This document shows positions 27,409-38,209 of a DNA stretch of 64,000 nt, piece by piece. The DNA lies in the IMG/VR virus record IMGVR_UViG_3300010429_001264. One strand, written 5' to 3'. Position 1 is the first letter of the stretch; each line of letters begins with the position of its first letter. A model generated the notes under the pieces. It ran no database searches. It was not told where the DNA came from and was given only the letters and a program-made list of their open reading frames with translations. Position numbers and translations under genes: made by a program. The DNA comes from a virus. Its lineage: Duplodnaviria; Caudoviricetes.

Positions 27409-28304
27409 TGAGTATGAAAGAGGGAACATATAATAATATGAAAGATATTATCTTCATTCAAAAGAAAAGATATAATATCAAAAACAATAAGCTCGTCTTG
27501 GAACAAGCTGGAGGAGATAAAGATCTTGTGCCCGGATTTCCTGTAAATCAAAAATTAAAATTCAATGAGGGGCTGATGGTCAAGGCGATACAAAATGGCA
27601 TGATATTATTGATAAATTATCGAGGGGATCAGGACGAATGGTTGGGCGGCAGGGAGCGTGTCATATATCCAATGACGCTTGGTGTCAATCAAAACACTCG
27701 AAACATGCTTCTCAGAGGATGGCACCTGAACGGATGGAGCGTTAAGGAAAGAAGAAACACAGAAAAGGTGTGGCGTTTATTTAAAACAGATAACATAATG
27801 AGCATGATGTTTACTGGTGATTTTTATAGACTTCCACCTGCCGGGTACAGATTGAATGACAGAATTATGACTGAAAGAATTATAGCTCAAGCTGATTTTA
27901 ATGTCATAAGAAGAAATCAACAAAATCTATTAAAAGAGGGAAAAATTGAATTGGAATCAGAGCAAGAAACAACAATTGATAAATCGACAGCTATCGCTAG
28001 TGTTAATATTAGAGAAACTAGTACAGAAATAGATTTGAGAGATCCTTGGGCAAATACATTAATGGATCGTAGAAAAATTGACGATCTAAGACTCACAATA
28101 ATGAGATCTATCATATCAAATGATTATATAGCTATTCTCGGTGCTCTTGGTAAAGAAGGTAGGGTGTCTAAGATGTTTGTAGATAAGAAATTATTAGGAA
28201 GCTTTAAAGTTATTAAATCCATTGCTGGACAAGAAATTCATCACGTAAAAATTGTCAATGGACAAAATATTTTCAAACTATATATCTTTGTTGAAAAAAT
28301 GTAA
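27408..28304 (+). CDS. WYL-like domain protein
   Basis: INYRG...RERVIYPMTLG...LLRGW...WRLFKTDNI. Confidence 0.6.
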   Translation: MSMKEGTYNNMKDIIFIQKKRYNIKNNKLVLEQAGGDKDLVPGFPVNQKLKFNEGLMVKAIQNGMILLINYRGDQDEWLGGRERVIYPMTLGVNQNTRNMLLRGWHLNGWSVKERRNTEKVWRLFKTDNIMSMMFTGDFYRLPPAGYRLNDRIMTERIIAQADFNVIRRNQQNLLKEGKIELESEQETTIDKSTAIASVNIRETSTEIDLRDPWANTLMDRRKIDDLRLTIMRSIISNDYIAILGALGKEGRVSKMFVDKKLLGSFKVIKSIAGQEIHHVKIVNGQNIFKLYIFVEKM

Positions 28305-28310
28305 TGTAAT

Positions 28311-28808
28311 TTATTTTATTTTATTTAAATAAAGCTTAATAGAGTTTGAGATATCATCTAATATTTGATCTTTTTTCAAAAAATAATCTTGATATTGTTT
28401 ATGCTCCCTGTAAACTTTCACATTATGCAATCCTTTAATCGAACCGTGTGGTTTTATAATAAAATCATATCTATCAGATGTAATCGACAATTCGCCTTCA
28501 ACAGCTTTTATTTTTAAATAAGCTTTAATGTTTTTTAATCTATTTACTAACTCGTCTACTATATCAGAGAATTCTGATAGATGCGATTTTATTATACTTC
28601 TTATTCCACCATTTATTGTGCTCTTTATCTCATCGACAACATTATCGTTAAATGCAAATCTTTCTATTTCATTATTCCATCTAATATAGCCCTTTTCTAT
28701 TAACTCTGGCATGGTTACTTTTCCAACTAAAATGGCTTCACCGCTTGGTAATCCAACAACATACATATTAGAATTTTCAAATTGTTCGTATAATTTCAAA
28801 TGTTTCAT
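28311..28808 (-). CDS. PSGE-family protein with CTS-like start
   Basis: MKHLKLYEQF; paralog of 387-944. Confidence 0.75.
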   Translation of the reverse strand: MKHLKLYEQFENSNMYVVGLPSGEAILVGKVTMPELIEKGYIRWNNEIERFAFNDNVVDEIKSTINGGIRSIIKSHLSEFSDIVDELVNRLKNIKAYLKIKAVEGELSITSDRYDFIIKPHGSIKGLHNVKVYREHKQYQDYFLKKDQILDDISNSIKLYLNKIK

Positions 28809-28932
28809 AAAGTCCTATATTTTTACAAATGTATATATTAAAAAAAAAAATTAAATGATAAGATGTTTTTTTTTGAAATTATCTAAAATTAACTTATATT
28901 ATTTAATATATACTACAAAAAAAATAAAAAAA

Positions 28933-29100
28933 ATGATAGATATTGAAAGCGCTTCAAAATTAATATCAGTGTCTAAATCAACATTAAGAAGATGGGAGAA
29001 AGAAGGCAAATTAAAGTCATACAGGACTCCAGGGAATCATAGAAGATATGACGAAAAAGAATTATTTAAAATGATATCAAATGATAAAAGAATTTGTTGA
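28933..29100 (+). CDS. MerR-type HTH protein (as at the N-terminus of IS607 TnpA)
   Basis: ASKLISVSKSTLRRWEKEGKLKSYRTPGNHRRY; start moved from 28855. Confidence 0.8.
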   Translation: MIDIESASKLISVSKSTLRRWEKEGKLKSYRTPGNHRRYDEKELFKMISNDKRIC

Positions 29101-30982
29101 AATAGAGATAGTTGATGAAAAAATTCAAAGAAAATATCTCAAACTTGGATATTTGTGTGAAATCGGGGATGTTATACATTTTCCTTTTAAAAAATTATCT
29201 AAGGGAAGTCACATATTAGTGGAAGTTATGTGTGATTTTTGCGGAAAAGAATTAAAAAAACAATATAATGTTTATAATCGAGAGACGAAATGTGGTGAAT
29301 TACCGGTAAGTTGTTTTGAATGTATGAGTGAAAAAAGAAAATATGTAACAGAAAAAAAATATGGTGTTAAAAATGTGTCTCAATTAGATGACACAAAAAA
29401 TAAGGTCAAAGAAAGATTGAAAAATAGATCAGAAAAGAAATCTATTGAAATAAAAAATAAAAGAAAAGAGACCAATAAGAAAAAATTTGGTAAAGAATGG
29501 GTCACACAAACAGATATTTTTAAGGAAAAAAGTAAAATAACATCACTAAATAAATATGGAGAAGAATATCCGACACAATCTGATGAAGTTAAGAATAAGA
29601 TTGTAAAAACATGTATGGATAAATACGGTTACGATTCATATATGAAAACTATGGATTTTAAAGAAAAAAGCAAAAATGAAATAAAAAGATTGTATGGAGT
29701 TGAATATGTTTCTCAATCAGATATTGTGAAAAATAAAGTTAAAGAAACGAATTTAAAAAAATATAATAATGAACATTATAGAAATACAGAAAAAAACAAA
29801 AAAACTTGTCTAGAAAAATATGGTAATAATAATTATAGAAATACAGAAAAAAACAAAAAAACTTGTCTAGAAAAATATGGAACCGAATATTATAATCAAT
29901 CAAATTTATACAAAAATTATGTTAAAAAACGAAAGATCGAAAATTTAACAAAAAAATATAAAATAAACATAGTGGACATAGATGAAAACAACTTTATAAT
30001 ATCCCATTGTGATGAATGCGGGGAGAATTTTAAATTATCATATCAACAACTATTGAACAGGCATAATTATAAAACTATTTTATGTTCAAATTGCAACCCA
30101 ATAAATGTGGCAATATCTGGACATGAGATGCAACTTCTAGGATTCATAAAGAACAATCATTCTGACAAAATTTTAACTAATGTTAGAAATATTGTGAATC
30201 CCTATGAATTAGATATTTATCTTCCAGATTTAAAATTGGCATTTGAGTTCAACGGTCTTTTTTGGCATAATGAGCTCAGCAAGTCCAACAACTATCACCT
30301 AGAAAAAACTGAACTAGCTGAAAACCAAGGAATCAAGCTTGTTCACATCTACGAGGACGACTGGATATATAAACAAGAAATTGTCAAGTCCAGGATATTA
30401 AATTTGTTAAACAAGACGCCAAACAAGATCTACGCCAGGAAGTGCGAGATAAAAGAAGTGTCTGATAATAAGCTTGTTAGAAATTTCCTGGAAACCAATC
30501 ATATTCAAGGATTTGTGGGATCTAAAATCAAGATCGGATTGTTTCACGATAATGAACTTGTTTCCCTGATGACTTTTGGAAGCTTGAGAAAAGCCATGGG
30601 TCAAAAGGGCGAAGAAGGTTCTTATGAGATGCTGAGGTTCTGTAACAAACTGAACACCAATGTTATTGGAGGAGCTTCAAGACTGTTCATGTTTTTTGTT
30701 AAAAATTTCGAGCCAAAAGAAGTAACTAGTTATGCTGACAGGTCTTGGAGTCAAGGAGTTCTATATAAAAATCTTGGATTCGAACTTATCAGAAAAACTG
30801 AACCCAATTATTATTATGTTATTGATGGCGTGAGGAGGCACAGGTTTGGTTTTAGAAAAGATCAGCTGATTAAAGAAGGATTTGATCCTTTAAAGACAGA
30901 ACACGAAATAATGCTTGAGAGAAAGATTTATAGAATTTATGATTCTGGGAATTTAAAGTTCATTTGGAACAAACTTTATTGA
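29081..30982 (+). CDS. Hef-like homing endonuclease, second copy
   Basis: Same architecture and highly similar C-terminal half as 25687-27408; tandem duplication of YRNTEKNKKTCLEKYG. Confidence 0.75.
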   Translation: MIKEFVEIEIVDEKIQRKYLKLGYLCEIGDVIHFPFKKLSKGSHILVEVMCDFCGKELKKQYNVYNRETKCGELPVSCFECMSEKRKYVTEKKYGVKNVSQLDDTKNKVKERLKNRSEKKSIEIKNKRKETNKKKFGKEWVTQTDIFKEKSKITSLNKYGEEYPTQSDEVKNKIVKTCMDKYGYDSYMKTMDFKEKSKNEIKRLYGVEYVSQSDIVKNKVKETNLKKYNNEHYRNTEKNKKTCLEKYGNNNYRNTEKNKKTCLEKYGTEYYNQSNLYKNYVKKRKIENLTKKYKINIVDIDENNFIISHCDECGENFKLSYQQLLNRHNYKTILCSNCNPINVAISGHEMQLLGFIKNNHSDKILTNVRNIVNPYELDIYLPDLKLAFEFNGLFWHNELSKSNNYHLEKTELAENQGIKLVHIYEDDWIYKQEIVKSRILNLLNKTPNKIYARKCEIKEVSDNKLVRNFLETNHIQGFVGSKIKIGLFHDNELVSLMTFGSLRKAMGQKGEEGSYEMLRFCNKLNTNVIGGASRLFMFFVKNFEPKEVTSYADRSWSQGVLYKNLGFELIRKTEPNYYYVIDGVRRHRFGFRKDQLIKEGFDPLKTEHEIMLERKIYRIYDSGNLKFIWNKLY

Positions 30983-31014
30983 TAAATAAACATACTATAT
31001 AATAAAAACTTTCT

Positions 31015-32220
31015 ATGATTAAAATTTTAGTTTTAACGGCCGACACGGATGGCGTAGGATTTTTCAGATCGCTATCCCCACATTTAGTAATGCATGATGA
31101 TGAGTTTGAAGCAGATATTCGATTATTAATGGACGGTACATTAAATTTACTTGATGAAAATTTCTTGAAGCAATATAATATAATTTGTTATAATAAGCAA
31201 ATACCCTTTGCTAAGAAAGAATATATCGATCATTTTTTCATGTTACTAAAAAAGCACAATATAAAACTTGTTTTTGACATAGATGATTATTGGATTTTGA
31301 ATTCATCTCATTTAAATTATGACATGTGGAAAAAGTCTAAAGCCGATGAAGCCGTGGTTTTCAATTTGAGAAACGCTGATCTTGTCACGACTACAACTCG
31401 TTTGTTTGCTGAAAGAATATCAGAAGTTAATAGAAGCGTTGCTGTTATAGAAAATGCTGTCAATTTGAATGAATTACAATGGACGTTTAACCGAAAACCA
31501 TCAAATAAAATAAGATTTTTATGGGGTGGTGGCATTTCACATCAGCCAGATCTAAGACTTCTCAAAAAATCATTTGAAATGTTTGATAATGACTTCATTA
31601 ACAAGTCTCAGATTTTTATGTGTGGGTATGATCTGAGAATGAGAACACCTGGCGGCATAATTGAAAAAACAGATCCTCGTTTAAATCAATGGACATTTTT
31701 TGAAGATATTTTCACAAATAGTGGAAGATATGTAAAATCAAATGGATATAGAACATATTTACATAGCTCAGATGATACAAATTATGGAATAAAAGAAGAG
31801 TTTTCAAATGAGTTTTACCAACGTAGATGGACAAAACCTATTATGTTGTTTGGTACGATGTATAATGAAGCAGATGTTTGTTTGGCTCCTTTAAAAAACA
31901 ATAATATGTTCAATTATTATAAATCTAATTTAAAAGTTATAGAAGCTGGTGCTCATCATTGTCCGATAATAGCCAGTAATTTCGGTCCATATACATTGGA
32001 CGACATAGAAGGGAAAACCGATGGAAAACAAAAAGGATTTTTAATTGATGAGGATAATCCAAGAGGGTGGTATGATAAAATGAAATTTTATGCTGATAAT
32101 CCCGAGGTCGCTTACGAGCACGGCGAAAACAATTATGAATATGTCAAGAATAATCTTAGCATAGAAGTTGTTAATGAAAAAAGAAAAAGAATTTATAAAG
32201 AACTGGTGGAAAGGACATAA
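31015..32220 (+). CDS. GT-B (GT4-like) glycosyltransferase
   Basis: FDIDDYW, WGGGISHQPDL, DVCLAPL..N.FN..KSNLKVIEAG. Confidence 0.85.
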   Translation: MIKILVLTADTDGVGFFRSLSPHLVMHDDEFEADIRLLMDGTLNLLDENFLKQYNIICYNKQIPFAKKEYIDHFFMLLKKHNIKLVFDIDDYWILNSSHLNYDMWKKSKADEAVVFNLRNADLVTTTTRLFAERISEVNRSVAVIENAVNLNELQWTFNRKPSNKIRFLWGGGISHQPDLRLLKKSFEMFDNDFINKSQIFMCGYDLRMRTPGGIIEKTDPRLNQWTFFEDIFTNSGRYVKSNGYRTYLHSSDDTNYGIKEEFSNEFYQRRWTKPIMLFGTMYNEADVCLAPLKNNNMFNYYKSNLKVIEAGAHHCPIIASNFGPYTLDDIEGKTDGKQKGFLIDEDNPRGWYDKMKFYADNPEVAYEHGENNYEYVKNNLSIEVVNEKRKRIYKELVERT

Positions 32221-32222
32221 GA

Positions 32223-32504
32223 ATGACTGATTTTGAGTGGTATAAAAATATAGAAGATCCAGTTAGAGATATTGTAAAATTATTGAGGAATAATGGTTTC
32301 AATACAACTTGTTCGTGCGGGCACAAAATGTATATTGAGGGTAGCATATCAATAGATGGTGATATTCAAAGACTACATAATATATTATATAATTACTATT
32401 GTGAAATCAAAGAAAAACCTTCATATGAAATAATTTTTACGGTTAAAGTGGAAGATGGATACATAACATATAAAAACTTTTATGTGGAGTTAAAAAAAAA
32501 ATAA
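32223..32504 (+). CDS. Hypothetical protein
   Basis: GFNTTCSCGH motif. Confidence 0.6.
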   Translation: MTDFEWYKNIEDPVRDIVKLLRNNGFNTTCSCGHKMYIEGSISIDGDIQRLHNILYNYYCEIKEKPSYEIIFTVKVEDGYITYKNFYVELKKK

Positions 32505-32510
32505 AAAAAT

Positions 32511-32960
32511 ATGAAAAAAGAATTAGAAAAATGGGTTCCTATATTGAATAATTTTCAAATAGATGATGAAATGAAAGATATCATGCTAGAATATTGTGAT
32601 AGACACACAAAAATAGAAAACGATATAAGTCTAATGACAATGAACACACAAAAAACTCTATTACCATTATCTTTAAAAATATTGTCCAATCTTAATTTAA
32701 AAGGAAAAAATGTGATATTTGAAGATTCTTTGGAACCAATGGTTTTTAGATCAGAAACAGATATAAAAAAAGATGATCATTTTGATTTGATTGGTTTGGC
32801 TGAAAAAAAATTGTCTAACCTATTGGTTGAATATTTAAATAAAGAATTAGAAACAAAAAACAATTTGCACATCACAACTCTAGTTAGCAGAATACAATTA
32901 ATTGGCGAAAAAAATTTTCCATACAACATCTATCTTGAATCTAGATGTAAAGTAGATTAA
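32511..32960 (+). CDS. Hypothetical protein, N-terminus reminiscent of T4-like gp23
   Basis: LEKWVPIL...LLPLSLKI. Confidence 0.4.
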   Translation: MKKELEKWVPILNNFQIDDEMKDIMLEYCDRHTKIENDISLMTMNTQKTLLPLSLKILSNLNLKGKNVIFEDSLEPMVFRSETDIKKDDHFDLIGLAEKKLSNLLVEYLNKELETKNNLHITTLVSRIQLIGEKNFPYNIYLESRCKVD

Positions 32961-32970
32961 TCATAAGATT

Positions 32971-33225
32971 ATGAAAAAACTTTCAGAAGAAGAATTTCTA
33001 GAAAAATGTCTAGAATTTTTAGATTATTTTAAAATCGATTATAGAGGGGAAGTCATTTATTTGACAGATAGCGGAACATCATGTATAATGAATCCAAAAT
33101 CACAATTTTACGAAATATTTGGCGGATTTAGTATTAATTCGGTCGCTCAGTATGTTGCTGAAAAACTTGGAAAAAAGTATGCTTATAAAAGTGATGATGA
33201 TGACTATTATGATGATGAAGATTAA
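32971..33225 (+). CDS. Hypothetical protein
   Basis: ORF track. Confidence 0.6.
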   Translation: MKKLSEEEFLEKCLEFLDYFKIDYRGEVIYLTDSGTSCIMNPKSQFYEIFGGFSINSVAQYVAEKLGKKYAYKSDDDDYYDDED

Positions 33226-33491
33226 TATTTACTCCACTCGGGATGAAGAAAATAATAATTTGAGTTTAAATAAATAATGTCATTAAATCCTTCACTCCCA
33301 ACGCTCAATATTCCTTTTTTACAAAGGGAGCCAACGACTCCTTTTACAACATTAATCTTCAATGTTGTTTCAGCGGCTAGATCTTTAACATCAACGTCAG
33401 AAAATCCTTTTTCAGCATATAAAAGATCAATAAATGTATCCAAAACCTTTTTTTCTAAATCTGTTAAACTAATATCGGTTGAATTTTTCAT
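33222..33491 (-). CDS. Winged-helix DNA-binding protein
   Basis: LTDLEKKVL...VKDLAAET...VKGVVGSLCKKGIL. Confidence 0.65.
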   Translation of the reverse strand: MKNSTDISLTDLEKKVLDTFIDLLYAEKGFSDVDVKDLAAETTLKINVVKGVVGSLCKKGILSVGSEGFNDIIYLNSNYYFLHPEWSKY

Positions 33492-33543
33492 AATTTTTTT
33501 TTATTTTTAAACAAAAATAATGAAATATACTGAAAAATAAAAA

Positions 33544-36500
33544 TTAATTTCTTGTTGAAAGAGGAAAAATATAATCCGCATAATTAGACCAGTATGATGC
33601 TGATTTATAATCGTTTACAGATGCGTCTGGTACATAAATTTTCGTTATTGGATTTATATTTTCAAAAACAGTGTTACTTGCGAGTGTTGGTGGGGAGGTT
33701 GGTCTAAAAACATAATCCAATAAACAATAATTACTTGTGAAAGCGTAAGCTGATATAGATGTAATCCCAGATGGGATATCTAATGAAGTTAATAAATTGG
33801 CGTTAAGTGAATAAGTCCCGATAGATGTAACACCAGATGGTATATTTATTCTGGATAATTTATTACAATTATAGAACGCATAATCATTGATTATTGTTAC
33901 ACCTGAACATAATGTTATATTTGAGATATTAACGCAATTGAAAAATGCTTGTGTGCCAATTGATAAAACTGATGGAATATCAACATTACCGATTAATTGA
34001 CAGAAATAAAAGGCGCTATTTCCTATAGATGTTAAACCAGTTGGAAAATCTATATTGGATAATGAATAGCAATTATAGAAAACATTGTTACCAATTGAAG
34101 TTAAATTTTGTGATAGAGTTATACCACTTAAGCTGTTACAATTTTCAAACGTATAGTCATTTATTGATGTCACATTTTGTAAGTTAATTGATTTCAATGA
34201 GAAACATTGTTGAAAAGCATATGATCCGATTGATGTTACACTTGATGGAATGTTTATAGATGAAAGAGAATAACAATAAGTGAAAGCATATGATCCGATT
34301 GACGACATACTATTTGACTCTATTATTATTTTGGACAAGCTATAACAATACATAAATGTGCTGTCATTTATTGTTGTTACATTTTCAGGTAATGTTATAC
34401 TGGTTATTGATGTAGAGCTAAATGCTGTATAACCGACATAAGTGACTCCAGATGGTATATTTATACTAGTTAATGGATAACATTGATAAAATGCGTTATC
34501 TCCAATCGATGTGATTCCTTCTGGTAAAACAATATTATTTAAAGACCAACATTGCGAAAAAAGACTATACTCTATAGTTGTCAAGCCAGTTGGTATATTT
34601 ATGGTTTTCAGACTATTGCAACCCATAAAACAAGAACCGCCTATAGAAGTGACTCCGGATGGGATTGAAATTTCTTTTAAATTTCTACAAGATGAGAAGG
34701 CTGATACCCCTATAGATGTTACCCCTGTTGGTATATTTATACTTTCCAATGATGAACATTCGTAAAAAAGCGAAGCACCTATTTGATTGATGGCGTCTGG
34801 TATATCAATGTTTTTAATGCCAGAGCAACCATAAAAAGCACCAATTTCAATTGATGTTACTCCGCTGTGTATATTAATAACCGACAATGAATAACAATTA
34901 GAAAAAGCATAAGTCGATATTGATGTGATGCTATTTGGTATTGTTGCACCTGTCAATAAATGACATTCAGCAAATAGTCCTCCTCCAATTGATGTAATAT
35001 TAGATGGTATATATAAATCATCGACCAAATAGCAATTTTGAAAAGCGTATGATCCAATACTACTCAGATTTTCTGATAAATTTGTAGTCTTTAAAGAAAA
35101 ACAACTTTGAAATGCATAATCTCCTATAAGAGTGACGCTAGGTGGCATATTTATACTCGTTAATTTATAACAATTTTGAAAAGCTCGACCACCAATAGTT
35201 GTAACACCAGATGGAATATTTATGTTCGATAAAGAATAACAGTCATGGAAAATATAATCAAGGATTGAAGTGATGCCAGATGGTAGAGTTACACTACTTA
35301 ATGAATAACATCCATCAAAAGCTGAGATTCCTATTGATGTTACACTAGATGGTATATCTATTGTAGATAAAGAATAACAATTTTTAAAAGCAGCTATCCC
35401 TATAGAAGTAACACCAGTTGTTAATGTCACGCTAGACAATGAATGACAATTGGAAAATGCGCTAGCTTTAATTGTGATAGCATTATTACCAAAAACAATT
35501 TTATTGGCTATATATTTATAATTTCCGCTGCCAAATAATGAACTACTCTCGCCGCCATTTCCGAATCCATAATTACTTGAACAATCTATGGATATTAAAT
35601 ATTGCCCAGATGATGAATATGTATGACCAGAACTAAAATCACCACTAGCTGCAGTTGTTGTTGATATAGAATCTCCCCAATTTATAGTCATTAAAGACGT
35701 ATTAGATTTGTTTAGATATATTGTTGGCGATAAACCTGTTGTGCCAGAATTTAAAGTGATGAATATATAAGTTTTTCCATCTGATGTATCCCCAGTTAAT
35801 GGCTCTGTTCTCCCGGATAAAGGAAAGATGTAATTAGCATATGTTGACCAATTGGTTGCTGTCTTATAAGATTCTACAGATGAATCAGGTACATATATTT
35901 TTGCTGTTAAATTTATATTACTTAAAGAAGTGGTTGTTAATGTGGGCGGTGAAGTTGAATAAAATATATATTCTTTTAAAGAAAAACAATCGGAAAAAGC
36001 ATAATTCCCAATAGATGTGACACCAGAATGGATACTCAGACCCGTTAATGAATAACATTTATAGAAAGTGTAATCTCCTATAGTAGTAACTCCAGATGGG
36101 ACATTCACACCAAACAAAGAATAACAATTTCTAAAAGCATGGCTTCCTATTGATGTAACGCCAGATGGAATGTTTATACTAGATAGCGAATAACAATAAG
36201 AAAAAGAATAAGTGCCAATGGATGAAATATTTGATGGCAAACTAATCGTTGATAAAGAATAACATTCATAAAATAACATGGTTCCTATAGTTGTAACACC
36301 TGATGGAAGAGTTATTGTTGATATGGCGGTTCCGGCAAAAGCCCCAGTGCCTATTGATGTTAGTCCACTTGGAATTGTTATGTTCATCAAAGAACGGCAA
36401 TAATAAAAAGCCGAATTTCCAATGGAAGTCACTCCAGATGGTATTGTTATCTCTTTTATTAATCGACATTGATAAAAGGCTTGATTTCCAATGGAAGTCA

Positions 36501-38115
36501 CACCAGATGGTATTGTGATAGATCTCAAATTATAACAATTGTTGAAAGTATCATTTTGAATTGTTGTTATATTTGGAGGCAGGCTTATTTCATATAAAGA
36601 ATAACAATAATAAAAAGCCGATTCACCAATTGATGTTATACCAGTCGGCATATCAATATTTGATAACACTTGGCAACTATTAAAAGCCAATTTACCAATA
36701 GATGTTATATTAGATGGTAATGTTATAGCTGATAAACTATAGCACCCGGAAAATAGATAATCATTTATTATTGTCACACCAGATGGTATGTCTATAGATG
36801 ATAATGACAAGCAAGCCCCAAAAGCACCAACGCCTAATGTGGTAACACTAGATGGAATAGAGATATTTGATAATGAATAATTATTAGAAAAAGCATATGA
36901 CCCAATTGATGTGAGCCCGCTGGGTAATGTCACACCAGATAATAATTCACAATAATAAAAAGCATTACTACCAATTGAAGTGACACTAGGTGGAATATCA
37001 ATAGAAGATAAAGAGCAACAATAATAAAAAGCATAATCTCCTATGGTAGTAATATTCGATGAAAGAATTGCACTAGATAGTGAATAACAATTTTGAAAAA
37101 CTCCAGTTCCGATAGATGTCAACCCAGACGGAAGAACTATATTTGATAGTGAGTAGCAAGAAGAAAATACATAGTTAGAAAATGTTGTCACTCCAACAGG
37201 AATTGTTATTCCAGATATGGCGGTTCCAGAAAAAGCCCCTGATCCAATTGAGGTGACCCCATTTGGTATATTAACATTCGATAATGAATAACAACCTGAT
37301 AATAATCCATTTCCAATCGCTGTTAATCCGGAAGGCAAAATTATATTATTCAATGAATAGCAACTATTGAAAGAATAATTTCCTATTTGTGTTGCACTAT
37401 TTGGTATTATTATGTCTGTTAAGGAATAACATTGGTTGAAAGAATAATCACCCCATGATGATACAGATGATGGAATATTTATAGAATTTAAAGAATAACA
37501 ACTAATGAAAGCGTAATTGCCGATGGATGTGATACCAGATGGGAGAGTTATATTAGGTAAAGATCTACAATCATAAAAAGCATATTCCACTATTTCTGTG
37601 ACACCAGAAGGAATATAGATGTCTTGTAATGAATAACAATTTTGAAAACTGTTTAATGATGTTAATATTTCACTATATATATCAAGTCTTTTCAATGAAT
37701 AAAAAAGAGCAAGAGATGAAAATGAATTTATTTTAATGGATTCATCACCAGTGCTATACATTTCTGTTAATGAGCTTCTGTAATCATTTGAGAATATTGT
37801 ATCAAACCCATATTCTCCATCGCATTTTATTCGTATTGTATAATCACCCGAATTATCATATGTATGGTCTAAAGAAACCGATCCAGAACTAGATGTCTCG
37901 CCTGTTGTTGAATCTCCCCAATCAACTGTCATTGAAGATGTGTCTGATTTTGTTAATGAGAGAGAAGGCGATAAACCGGTCGTGCCAGAATTTAAAGTTA
38001 TTAATAATAATAGTTCGGTTGGCTCAATGATCATTTCAAACAATATATCATTATTAGTCGGTTTGTTCAAAACTGGCTTTCTATTGTCCATTAAAATTAT
38101 TTTACCTATTGACAT
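33544..38115 (-). CDS. BspA-family (LRR_5) protein with two PKD-like + LRR modules
   Basis: Dozens of IPSGVTSIGxxAFxxCYSL repeats; two WGD-containing domains; two PPTL...KIYVPD caps. Confidence 0.9.
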   Translation of the reverse strand: MSIGKIILMDNRKPVLNKPTNNDILFEMIIEPTELLLLITLNSGTTGLSPSLSLTKSDTSSMTVDWGDSTTGETSSSGSVSLDHTYDNSGDYTIRIKCDGEYGFDTIFSNDYRSSLTEMYSTGDESIKINSFSSLALFYSLKRLDIYSEILTSLNSFQNCYSLQDIYIPSGVTEIVEYAFYDCRSLPNITLPSGITSIGNYAFISCYSLNSINIPSSVSSWGDYSFNQCYSLTDIIIPNSATQIGNYSFNSCYSLNNIILPSGLTAIGNGLLSGCYSLSNVNIPNGVTSIGSGAFSGTAISGITIPVGVTTFSNYVFSSCYSLSNIVLPSGLTSIGTGVFQNCYSLSSAILSSNITTIGDYAFYYCCSLSSIDIPPSVTSIGSNAFYYCELLSGVTLPSGLTSIGSYAFSNNYSLSNISIPSSVTTLGVGAFGACLSLSSIDIPSGVTIINDYLFSGCYSLSAITLPSNITSIGKLAFNSCQVLSNIDMPTGITSIGESAFYYCYSLYEISLPPNITTIQNDTFNNCYNLRSITIPSGVTSIGNQAFYQCRLIKEITIPSGVTSIGNSAFYYCRSLMNITIPSGLTSIGTGAFAGTAISTITLPSGVTTIGTMLFYECYSLSTISLPSNISSIGTYSFSYCYSLSSINIPSGVTSIGSHAFRNCYSLFGVNVPSGVTTIGDYTFYKCYSLTGLSIHSGVTSIGNYAFSDCFSLKEYIFYSTSPPTLTTTSLSNINLTAKIYVPDSSVESYKTATNWSTYANYIFPLSGRTEPLTGDTSDGKTYIFITLNSGTTGLSPTIYLNKSNTSLMTINWGDSISTTTAASGDFSSGHTYSSSGQYLISIDCSSNYGFGNGGESSSLFGSGNYKYIANKIVFGNNAITIKASAFSNCHSLSSVTLTTGVTSIGIAAFKNCYSLSTIDIPSSVTSIGISAFDGCYSLSSVTLPSGITSILDYIFHDCYSLSNINIPSGVTTIGGRAFQNCYKLTSINMPPSVTLIGDYAFQSCFSLKTTNLSENLSSIGSYAFQNCYLVDDLYIPSNITSIGGGLFAECHLLTGATIPNSITSISTYAFSNCYSLSVINIHSGVTSIEIGAFYGCSGIKNIDIPDAINQIGASLFYECSSLESINIPTGVTSIGVSAFSSCRNLKEISIPSGVTSIGGSCFMGCNSLKTINIPTGLTTIEYSLFSQCWSLNNIVLPEGITSIGDNAFYQCYPLTSINIPSGVTYVGYTAFSSTSITSITLPENVTTINDSTFMYCYSLSKIIIESNSMSSIGSYAFTYCYSLSSINIPSSVTSIGSYAFQQCFSLKSINLQNVTSINDYTFENCNSLSGITLSQNLTSIGNNVFYNCYSLSNIDFPTGLTSIGNSAFYFCQLIGNVDIPSVLSIGTQAFFNCVNISNITLCSGVTIINDYAFYNCNKLSRINIPSGVTSIGTYSLNANLLTSLDIPSGITSISAYAFTSNYCLLDYVFRPTSPPTLASNTVFENINPITKIYVPDASVNDYKSASYWSNYADYIFPLSTRN

Positions 38116-38209
38116 GATAGATTATATATTAAAAAAATATGACCCCATTAAAATCTTAATTTTTTTTTTAAGATATTATTTATTAATTTTGTAATATATA
38201 AATATAATT

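Noticed and set aside
28855-29100. IS607 element
   Set aside because: Only the MerR HTH is present; no serine recombinase domain or adjacent tnpB.
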